Assembly: GCA_964482495.1 (NCBI GenBank)
Contig: CAYZXS010000021.1
Span: forward strand, 658-64,657
From: an uncultured Planctomycetales bacterium
GTDB lineage: Bacteria > Planctomycetota > UBA1135
Length of the DNA stretch: 64,000 bases
Direction of reading: 5' to 3'
The notes under the pieces are model-generated. The model was not told the origin of the DNA. It saw only the letters and a program-made list of their open reading frames with translations, and ran no database searches. Of the stretch, positions 52,382 to 60,167 are shown one piece after another. The translations under genes were made by a program, and so were the position numbers. Positions within the stretch are counted from its first letter, which is position 1. Every line of letters begins with the position of its first letter.

Positions 52382-53703
52382 GGCCGCTGCCGCGCCGGTT
52401 CGGTCAGGACCCGCAGCGGCGGGATCGCGCGCATCGTCCGCTCCGAGGGGACCAGGCGCGCGAAGCCGGTGGCCGCCACGCCGCCCGTCACGGCGGCCGT
52501 CCCTTCGACGGCGCCCGCGCCGGCGGGGAGCTGCAAGAACGCTGGGGCTCCCGGTTCGACCTCGAGGCGGTGCTCGCCGATCTGCCAGAGCACGGGGCCG
52601 CCCTCGGCCGCCAGCTCCAGCCGGCAGCTCGCGCGGAGCTCGTCCTCCACGGGCAGCTTGAGCTTGCGCTCGGCGCCGCTGGCCTTCAGCGCCAGGCGCT
52701 TCTCCTCGTGGACCGGCAGGAAGCGGTACTCGTAGGCGGTATCGGGCTCCAGGTGGCTATCCGTGTGCCGAGTGGCGTTGCCGGCGACCTCGGCCACGAC
52801 GGTGTAGGGCGCCTCCTCCTCCGTCGCGAGCCGTCGCTGCACGCGCAGCCCGTCGGGACGGCTCTCGAAGCGCCGCCACTTGAGGGTGACCCGGGTCGGC
52901 CCGACCGAGGCGGCCTCGAGCTCCGCCGGGATCGGCAGCACCGCCGCCGGCGGGATGTAGCGGGCGGCGACGGCGTGGAGGAAGACCATCTCCTCCGCCA
53001 CCAGCTCGCGCAGGCCGACGTCGCCGAGGCTGCGCGGATCGACGTCCGCGATCCAGCCCAGCAGCACGCAAGCCGCGAGGTAGGTGCCGCGCTGATTCGG
53101 GTGCGAGCCGTCGGGACGGTGCAACTCCCAGTGCGGCTTCTCCTCGAGGGCCTCCCGCCACGCCAACCCGACCGGGGCCACCTCGGCGCCGGCCTGCTTG
53201 GCCAAGCCGCGGTAGGCGGCCTCCAGACCTTCGGTCATCTCCAGCTCGCCGCGCCGGGCCCAGGTCATGAACAGGAGCGGCCTGGCGCCAGCCTTGCGCG
53301 CTTCGGCGATCAGCTTCTTGCCGTTGCGGTGCATCAGCAGCGGGTCGGTCAGCGGGAGCCGGCTCTGCTCCTGGAGCACGACCACGTCCCACCCGCCCTC
53401 CCGGATGAGATCGACCGAGCGGCCCGCGATCCAGTGACGCTCGAAGGTGCAGCCGCCGGGGGTGCGCGACTCGACCTCGATCTCCAGCGGCAACCGGGCG
53501 GAGGCCGCAAGCGCCTGGACGGCCCGCGGGAGCTTGTTCTGCTCCGTGTAGCTGTTGCCGAGGAACAGCACGCGCAGGGCGGGCGGCGGCGGGGCGGCGT
53601 GGACCTCGGCCTGGACTTCGTCGGGCTGGATCTCCGGCTCCTGGGCCGGACCGGGGCTCAAGAGCAGCGCCAGGGAAGCCGCCAAGGGCGAGAGGAGACG
53701 CAT
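52378..53703 (-). CDS. Secreted SGNH/GDSL-type hydrolase with fibronectin type III domain
   Basis: RVLFLGNSYT, WDVVVLQEQS, DGSHP; FN3 VTLKW...TDSHLEPDTAYEYR; alternative start 53718. Confidence 0.8.
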   Translation of the reverse strand: MRLLSPLAASLALLLSPGPAQEPEIQPDEVQAEVHAAPPPPALRVLFLGNSYTEQNKLPRAVQALAASARLPLEIEVESRTPGGCTFERHWIAGRSVDLIREGGWDVVVLQEQSRLPLTDPLLMHRNGKKLIAEARKAGARPLLFMTWARRGELEMTEGLEAAYRGLAKQAGAEVAPVGLAWREALEEKPHWELHRPDGSHPNQRGTYLAACVLLGWIADVDPRSLGDVGLRELVAEEMVFLHAVAARYIPPAAVLPIPAELEAASVGPTRVTLKWRRFESRPDGLRVQRRLATEEEAPYTVVAEVAGNATRHTDSHLEPDTAYEYRFLPVHEEKRLALKASGAERKLKLPVEDELRASCRLELAAEGGPVLWQIGEHRLEVEPGAPAFLQLPAGAGAVEGTAAVTGGVAATGFARLVPSERTMRAIPPLRVLTEPARQRP

Positions 53704-53918
53704 CAGGGATTGCTGCATGGTGGGGAATCCGGCTCCATCCTAGGGTCCGGAGGGAGCGGAGCGCGAACCGGTAGGATTCCGGATATACTCGGGCCGAACC
53801 TGCGCTACCGCCACCACTTGGGGCCGCAGGGTGTCGAGCCAGAACCAGCCTCTGGCAGTGTTCGTCCCGCATCGTCGCGTGGAGAATGGCTCCGCGGAGC
53901 CCCCCTCCCCTGCACGCC

Positions 53919-56156
53919 ATGAACCTGTTCCCGCTGGTCGTCGTCGCCCTTGGCCTGGCTGTGGCCCTCGCCGCCACCGCTGCGCGGCGCCTGGAGATGC
54001 GCCGGCTCGAGCGCGGCCTGGAGGAGCGGAAGCAGGCCAAGCGCAAGGGCAGCCACCGCGCCCGGCTGCAGTTCCCCCACGTCGACCTGAGCCGCTGCAT
54101 CGGCTGCGGCACCTGCGTCGCCGCCTGCCCAGAGGAGGGCGTGCTCGAGATCCTGCACGGCCAAGCCCTGGTGGTGCACGGCGCCCGCTGCGTCGGCCAC
54201 GGCCTCTGCGCCGCCGAGTGCCCGGTGGGCGGCATCGCCTTGACCCTGGGCGACCTGGAGGAGCGTCGCGACATCCCTGCGCTGACGGAGAGCCTCGAAG
54301 CGGCCGGGACGCCAGGCTTGTTCTTGGCCGGGGAAGTCACCGGCTACGCCTTGGTCCGGACCGCGATCGGCCACGGCAGCGCGGTGGCCCACGAAGCCGC
54401 GCGCCGCTGCCGGGAGTCCCCCGCCCCTGCCGGCGACGACGGCTGGCTCGACCTGTGCATCGTCGGCGCCGGGCCCGCCGGCCTGGCCTGCGCCCTGGAG
54501 GCCAAGCGCCAAGGGCTGCGCTTCCGCCTGCTCGAGCAGGAGGACACGATCGGCGGCACGGTCGCCAAGTACCCGCGCAACAAGCTGGTCATGACCCAGC
54601 CGGTCGAGCTGCCGCTGCACGGCAAGCTGACCCGCACCAGCTACCGCAAGGAGGAGCTGGTCGAGCTCTGGGAGCGCGTCGCGGCGGAGCAGGAGCTGCC
54701 GCTGCGCACCGGAGAGGAGCTGCTGGGGGTCGAACCAGTCGACGGGGTCGGCTACCGGGTCCGGACCACCGCGGGCGAGCACCGGGCGCGCTGCGTCTGC
54801 CTGGCCCTCGGCCGCCGCGGAACGCCGCGCAGGCTCGGGGTGCCGGGCGAGACCCTGCCGAAGGTCGCCTACGCGCTGCAGGACGCCAATTCCTACCGCG
54901 GCCGCAAGCTGCTGGTGGTGGGCGGCGGCGACAGCGCCATCGAGGCGGCCGTCGGCCTCGCCGAGCAGCCCGGCAACGAGGTCACGCTGTCCTACCGCAA
55001 GTCGGCCTTCTTCCGCCTCAAGGCGCGCAACGAGGCGCGCATCGAGCAGGCGGCGGCCAAGGGCAGCGTCCGCGTCGAGTTCGACTCCCAGGTCCGCGGC
55101 ATCCTGCCGGACCAAGTCGTGCTCGTGGCCGGCCGCGGCGAGCAGGCTCGCGAGATCGAGCTCGCCAACGACGCCGTCTTCGTCATGGTCGGCGGCGTGC
55201 CGCCCTACCCGCTGCTCGAGGCCAGCGGCGTCTCCTTCGCGCCCGAGGACCGGAAGGTGCCGGCGCCGGTGGTCGACCAGGGCCCCGGGCTGCTGGGCGC
55301 GCTCGCGACAGGCCTGGTGCTGACCCTGGCTGCGCTGGCCTGGGTCGGCTACTTCCTCGGCTACTACCAGCTCGACCCCGCCGGCCGCGCCCCGCACGGG
55401 CTGCACGGCTTGCTGCGGCCCTCGAGGGGCGCCGGTCTGGCCTTCGGGGTCGGCTCGACGGCCCTGATCCTGCTCAACCTGAGCTACCTGCTGCGGCGCA
55501 ACCCGAGGCTGCCGCTGCGCTTCGGATCGCTCCAGGCGTGGATGACCAGCCACGTCGCCACCGGCATCCTGGCCTTCGTGCTGGCGCTGCTGCACGCGGC
55601 GCTGGACCCGCGCCAGACGGTCGGCGGCCACGCCCTGGCCTGCCTGGCGGTCCTGGTCGGCACTGGCGCCATGGGCCGGTACCTCTATTCTTTCGTGCCG
55701 CGTGCGGCGAACGGACGCGAATTGGCGCTTGATGAGGTGGAGTCCCAGCTCGCCGCCCTCTCCGCCGCCTGGGACCAGACCCACCGCGGATTCGGCGAGC
55801 AGGTGCGGTCGGAGATCGAAGAGCTGGTGCGCCATCAACGCTGGGAGCGGTCCTTCTTCGGCAGGCTCTACGCCCTGATCGCGGGGCAGCGGAGCCTGCG
55901 GCGGGCGCTCGCCCGGCTGCGGGTGGAGGGCAAGCAGCGGGACATCCCCGAGAGCCAGATCCGCAAGCTCAAGACCCTGGCGCGCCGAGCCCACCGGACC
56001 TCGCTGATGGCCTCGCACTTCGAGGACCTGCGCGGGCTGCTGGCGAGCTGGCGCTACCTGCACCGCTGGATCGCCTTGCTGATGGTGCTGCTGATCGCCA
56101 CCCACGTCTTCACGGCGCTGAAGTACGCCGACTTGCCGGGAGCGCTGGGGCGGTGA
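53919..56156 (+). CDS. Membrane-anchored 2x[4Fe-4S] ferredoxin / FAD-NADPH oxidoreductase fused to a diheme-b-like transmembrane domain
   Basis: TM anchor; CIGCGTCVAACP and CVGHGLCAAECP; VGAGPAG; VGGGDSA plus YRK; two H-x13-H TM pairs; alternative start 53886. Confidence 0.88.
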   Translation: MNLFPLVVVALGLAVALAATAARRLEMRRLERGLEERKQAKRKGSHRARLQFPHVDLSRCIGCGTCVAACPEEGVLEILHGQALVVHGARCVGHGLCAAECPVGGIALTLGDLEERRDIPALTESLEAAGTPGLFLAGEVTGYALVRTAIGHGSAVAHEAARRCRESPAPAGDDGWLDLCIVGAGPAGLACALEAKRQGLRFRLLEQEDTIGGTVAKYPRNKLVMTQPVELPLHGKLTRTSYRKEELVELWERVAAEQELPLRTGEELLGVEPVDGVGYRVRTTAGEHRARCVCLALGRRGTPRRLGVPGETLPKVAYALQDANSYRGRKLLVVGGGDSAIEAAVGLAEQPGNEVTLSYRKSAFFRLKARNEARIEQAAAKGSVRVEFDSQVRGILPDQVVLVAGRGEQAREIELANDAVFVMVGGVPPYPLLEASGVSFAPEDRKVPAPVVDQGPGLLGALATGLVLTLAALAWVGYFLGYYQLDPAGRAPHGLHGLLRPSRGAGLAFGVGSTALILLNLSYLLRRNPRLPLRFGSLQAWMTSHVATGILAFVLALLHAALDPRQTVGGHALACLAVLVGTGAMGRYLYSFVPRAANGRELALDEVESQLAALSAAWDQTHRGFGEQVRSEIEELVRHQRWERSFFGRLYALIAGQRSLRRALARLRVEGKQRDIPESQIRKLKTLARRAHRTSLMASHFEDLRGLLASWRYLHRWIALLMVLLIATHVFTALKYADLPGALGR

Positions 56157-58495
56157 GGCTGCGCGATCCGCGCCTGTGGCTGAGCCTGGCGAGCCTCGCG
56201 GCGGTGGCGCTGCTGGCCTTCATCGACCTGCGCCGGAACACCTCTCCGGGCCCGGTCCACCCGACCCACGCCCAGCTCAAGGAGCTGCGCAGCCGCCGGG
56301 GTTGCGCGGAGTGCCACGGCGACGAGGCGGGCGGCATGGCCGGCGCCTGCCTGCGCTGCCACGAGGCGATCGCCCGCCAGTTGGAGCAGGGCAGCGGCCT
56401 GCACGGGAGCCTGGTGCAGCCGCCGGTGGAGGACTGCGGCCGCTGCCACCTCGAGCACCTCGGCGACGCCTTCCCGCTGATCTCGGACGACAGCTTCGAG
56501 CGGGCCGGCGCCGACCGGCTCGGCTTCGACCACGCCGTGGCCGAGTTCCGGCTCGTCGGCGCCCACGTCGAGCTCGCCTGCGACCGCTGCCACCCGGACG
56601 CCCAGCTCGGGCTGATGCCGGAGGGGAGGTCGCGCTTCCTCGACCAGGAGCAGGCCTGCGAGAGCTGCCACGAGGACCCGCACCGCGGCGCGATGCGGCG
56701 CGCTTGCGAGGACTGCCACGGACAGGAGCGGCCCTTCGAGCAGGTAGCGGTGTTCGAGCACGATGAGCGCTTCCCCTTGGTCGGCGGCCACGCCGGCCAG
56801 GCCTGCAAGGCCTGCCACCCGCAGGACAGCCTGCAGTCGGTCGAGGCCTTGGACCGGGGCGTGCCGGAGGAGTCCTGGCGCCGGTGTCTGGACTGCCACG
56901 CGTCGCCGCACGCTCCCCGCTTCCTGCGCGCCGCGGCGCGAGAGCAGGGCCAATCGGAGGCCGAGAGCTGCGCCGGCTGCCACCCGGTCGAGGGTCCCGC
57001 CTTCGCCGGCGCCGAGCTTCCCCGCGAGCGGCACGGCCTGAGCGGCTTCCCCTTGTCGCCGCCGCACGCCGAGCAGGACTGCCGGGCCTGCCACCAGCCA
57101 GCGGCCGAGGGCGTGGGCTGGGGCGCCCGCTTCCCGGGGCGCGCAGCGCAGGACTGCGGCGCCTGCCATCAGGACCCGCACCGCGGCCAGTTCGCCGGCG
57201 GCCCCTTCGGCGGCGGATGCCTGGACTGCCACCTGGAGACGACCTGGGCCCCGCCCGACTTCGATGCCGAACGCCACGAGCGGACCGGCTTCGCGCTGAC
57301 CGGCGCCCACCTCGAGGCGGAGTGCCGCGGCTGCCACCCCGACCCGCCGCCAGACGCGCCGCGGCGCTTCCGCGACACCGAGGGCCGCTGCGAGGACTGC
57401 CATGACGACGCACACCGCGGCGCCTTCCAGGCACCGACCGCCGCCCTGCCTCCTGCTGAGCAGGGCGAGTGCGGCCGCTGCCACGGCACCGAGCGCTTCG
57501 CGCCGGCGCTGGAGGGCCGCTTCGAGCACGGTCGCTGGACCGACTTCGGCCTGGAGGGGGCCCACCTGCGGGCGGACTGCCGCAGCTGCCACCCGGCGCT
57601 CCCGGAGCCGGATGCCGCCGGCCGCAGCTTCGCCTTCGTCGCCGACACCGTCGACGGCGACCCGCGCGCCTGCTCCAGCTGCCACGAGGACGTGCACGCC
57701 GGGGCCTTCGACGCCGAAGGCCTGCCGGCCCTCTTGGACGGCCGCGCCGGCTGCGATCGCTGCCACGACAGCGAGGTCTTCCGCGAGCTCCGCCCGGGCG
57801 CCTTCGATCACGGCGCCTGGACCGACTTCGCGCTGGCCGGGGCCCACGCCCAGAGCGGCTGCGAAGCCTGCCATGGCCGCGACCCGGCGCCCGCGGCCGG
57901 TACCCGGAGCCTTGGCCGCGTCGCCGACCGTTTCTCCGGCCCGGCGGACCGCTGCGTCAGCTGCCACCCGGACCCCCACCTCGGCCTCTTCGACCGCGCC
58001 GGCCAGCCCGCCGAGGTCGACGGCCGCCGAGGATGCGCCCGCTGCCACCAGCCGGTGTCCTTCCGGTCGCTGACCCTGGCCGGCTTCGACCACGGCCGGT
58101 GGACCGGCTACGCGCTCGCCGGCAAGCACGCGCAGGCCTCCTGCAACGGCTGCCACGCTCCCTTGGCGCAGGCCGACGCCCTCGGCCGCCGTCACGGCTT
58201 CGCCCGCGGCCAGGCCTGCGACGACTGCCACGCCGACCCGCACGTCGGCCAGTTCGCCGCCGCCGGCCGCACCGACTGCGCCCGCTGCCACGACGAGCAG
58301 GACTTCCGCCAGCCGCGCTTCGACCACCAGACCGACTCCCGCTTCCCGCTCGACGCCAATCACGCCGCGCTCGACTGCGCCCGCTGCCACAAGCCCTGGC
58401 CCCTGGCCGGCGGCGGCGAAGCGGTGCGCTACAAGCCGCTCGGCACCCGCTGCCAGGACTGCCACGGCTTCGGCTTCGAGGACCGCTCCCGATGA
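56153..58495 (+). CDS. Multiheme cytochrome c, 26 CxxCH motifs, N-terminal membrane anchor/signal
   Basis: 26 CxxCH counted by hand; GTGA overlap with upstream gene; SPGP..H after the hydrophobic N-terminus. Confidence 0.95.
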   Translation: MRLRDPRLWLSLASLAAVALLAFIDLRRNTSPGPVHPTHAQLKELRSRRGCAECHGDEAGGMAGACLRCHEAIARQLEQGSGLHGSLVQPPVEDCGRCHLEHLGDAFPLISDDSFERAGADRLGFDHAVAEFRLVGAHVELACDRCHPDAQLGLMPEGRSRFLDQEQACESCHEDPHRGAMRRACEDCHGQERPFEQVAVFEHDERFPLVGGHAGQACKACHPQDSLQSVEALDRGVPEESWRRCLDCHASPHAPRFLRAAAREQGQSEAESCAGCHPVEGPAFAGAELPRERHGLSGFPLSPPHAEQDCRACHQPAAEGVGWGARFPGRAAQDCGACHQDPHRGQFAGGPFGGGCLDCHLETTWAPPDFDAERHERTGFALTGAHLEAECRGCHPDPPPDAPRRFRDTEGRCEDCHDDAHRGAFQAPTAALPPAEQGECGRCHGTERFAPALEGRFEHGRWTDFGLEGAHLRADCRSCHPALPEPDAAGRSFAFVADTVDGDPRACSSCHEDVHAGAFDAEGLPALLDGRAGCDRCHDSEVFRELRPGAFDHGAWTDFALAGAHAQSGCEACHGRDPAPAAGTRSLGRVADRFSGPADRCVSCHPDPHLGLFDRAGQPAEVDGRRGCARCHQPVSFRSLTLAGFDHGRWTGYALAGKHAQASCNGCHAPLAQADALGRRHGFARGQACDDCHADPHVGQFAAAGRTDCARCHDEQDFRQPRFDHQTDSRFPLDANHAALDCARCHKPWPLAGGGEAVRYKPLGTRCQDCHGFGFEDRSR

Positions 58496-60165
58496 GGCTC
58501 CTTCCCCTCCCCCTCCCCGCTCTGCTCGCGGCGCTGCTCGGCGTCGCGGCCCTCTCGCCCGTCGCGGCCCAGGACCCCGGCATGCGCCGGGTCGAGGCCC
58601 GCGTGACCGCCTCCAGCCCCGGCCTCGCCACCCTCGACCGCGGCAACGACGCCGGCCTGCAGCCCGGCGACCGGGTCCGGCTGCACCCGCTCGGCGCCGC
58701 GGTCCTCGAGGGCCGGGTCGAGCAGGTCGGCGCCCGCGACGCCACGGTGCGCCTGAACGACCCGGCAGCGGCGGTCGACATCGGCGCCCGGGCCGAGGCC
58801 TTCGTGCCCGCCGACCGCATCCAGGAACCCGGCGGCGAGGCTCCCGGCCAGCCCCCGGCGCACGCGCCCTGGTCGCGGCCGCCGGACGAGTGGACCCAGG
58901 ACATGCCGCTGCTGGCGAAGTCCCAGGGCCGCAAGCCCGAGCAGCGCCCGGTCGAGTGGAGCGGCCGCTTCTTCAGCAGCGTCGACCACACCACCGACCG
59001 CGGCAGCGACGACGACCGGAGCTACCTCTACGCCCGCAGCGGCGCCGACCTGGACGCCCGCAACCCCTTCGGCCGCGGCGGCGAGCTGCGCATCGACTTC
59101 GAGGTCAACCACCGCGCCGACTCCAACCCCGGCTACCCCGACGAGAGCGAGACCGGGCTGCGCCTGGACCGGCTCTCCTGGTCGGTGGGCGGCGACCGCC
59201 ACGCCCCGCGGCGCTGGGAGTTCGGCCGCTTCCTGCACCGCGAGTTCCCGGAGTTCGGGGTCGCCGACGGCGCCGATTTCAGCGCCCGGCTGTCGCCGGC
59301 CAACACCTTCGGCGCCAGCTTCGGCTACCTGCCCGAGCTGGACTCCGACTACGCCACCGGCAAGGACCTGCAGACCTCCCTCTACTGGTCCCACACCAGC
59401 GGCGAGCGCCGCGAGCTGCGCGCCGGCGCCGGCTTCCAGAAGACCTGGCACCGCGGCAGCGCCGACCGCGACCTGTTCCTGGCCAAGCTGAGCTGGTCGC
59501 CGCCGGCCGGCCTGAACTTCTACTCGACCGCCTGGGTCGACCTCTACGGCAGCGAGGACACCGCCAAGTCCTCCGGCGCCGAGCTGACCCAGCTCTTCAG
59601 CAGCCTCGGCTGGCGGGCGGAGGGCGGCGACGGGGTGCGGCTGGGCTACTCGCGGATCCGCTTCCCGCAGCTGCTGCGGCTGCAGATCAGCCAGATCACG
59701 CTGGCGCAGCTGTCGGACAACCAGACCGACCGGATCGACCTCTCGGCCTGGAAACGGCTCAACGCCGATCTCCGCCTGTCGGGGCGGGTCGACTCCTGGA
59801 GCGACGAGGACGACAGCGGCGGCGGCGGACAGCTGCGGATGGACTGGCGCGGGCCGCTGTTCGCGAACGGCAACCTCGGCGCCGCTTTGTTCACCAACCA
59901 GGGCCAGTTCAGCTCGGTCACGGGGCTGCGCCTCGACGCCGACTGGGCCACCGGCCTGGGCTCCTGGCGGATCTCCTGGGAGAGCGCTCAATTCAGCCAG
60001 GAGGACTTCGTCGGCGATCAGGAGGAGCTGCTCCAGCACGCCCTCGAGCTCTCCTGGGATCTCTACGGCGGCACCGGCTGGTCCTGCTCGAGCTACCTCG
60101 AACAGCGCCTCGGCGACGAGATCGACTCCACGACCCTCGGCTTCTACCTCCAGCACCGGTTCTAG
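58492..60165 (+). CDS. Outer-membrane beta-barrel with N-terminal periplasmic beta-domain
   Basis: ATG 58492 overlaps upstream stop; signal peptide; amphipathic Trp/Tyr/Gly strands; C-terminal LGFYLQHRF BAM-type signal. Confidence 0.82.
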   Translation: MRLLPLPLPALLAALLGVAALSPVAAQDPGMRRVEARVTASSPGLATLDRGNDAGLQPGDRVRLHPLGAAVLEGRVEQVGARDATVRLNDPAAAVDIGARAEAFVPADRIQEPGGEAPGQPPAHAPWSRPPDEWTQDMPLLAKSQGRKPEQRPVEWSGRFFSSVDHTTDRGSDDDRSYLYARSGADLDARNPFGRGGELRIDFEVNHRADSNPGYPDESETGLRLDRLSWSVGGDRHAPRRWEFGRFLHREFPEFGVADGADFSARLSPANTFGASFGYLPELDSDYATGKDLQTSLYWSHTSGERRELRAGAGFQKTWHRGSADRDLFLAKLSWSPPAGLNFYSTAWVDLYGSEDTAKSSGAELTQLFSSLGWRAEGGDGVRLGYSRIRFPQLLRLQISQITLAQLSDNQTDRIDLSAWKRLNADLRLSGRVDSWSDEDDSGGGGQLRMDWRGPLFANGNLGAALFTNQGQFSSVTGLRLDADWATGLGSWRISWESAQFSQEDFVGDQEELLQHALELSWDLYGGTGWSCSSYLEQRLGDEIDSTTLGFYLQHRF

Positions 60166-60167
60166 AC

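Noticed and set aside
53919-56156. Calling the flavoprotein trxB or bacillithiol reductase ypdA
   Set aside because: It shares the fold, but has no CxxC redox pair and is permuted and fused to Fe-S and membrane domains, so the function is unlikely to be the same
57469-60167. Apparent long N-terminal extensions of the porin (from 57469) and 17-heme (from 58890) ORFs, suggesting fusions or frameshifts
   Set aside because: The extensions are Arg/Pro-rich off-frame reads of the upstream genes; clean signal peptides start at 58492 and 60168
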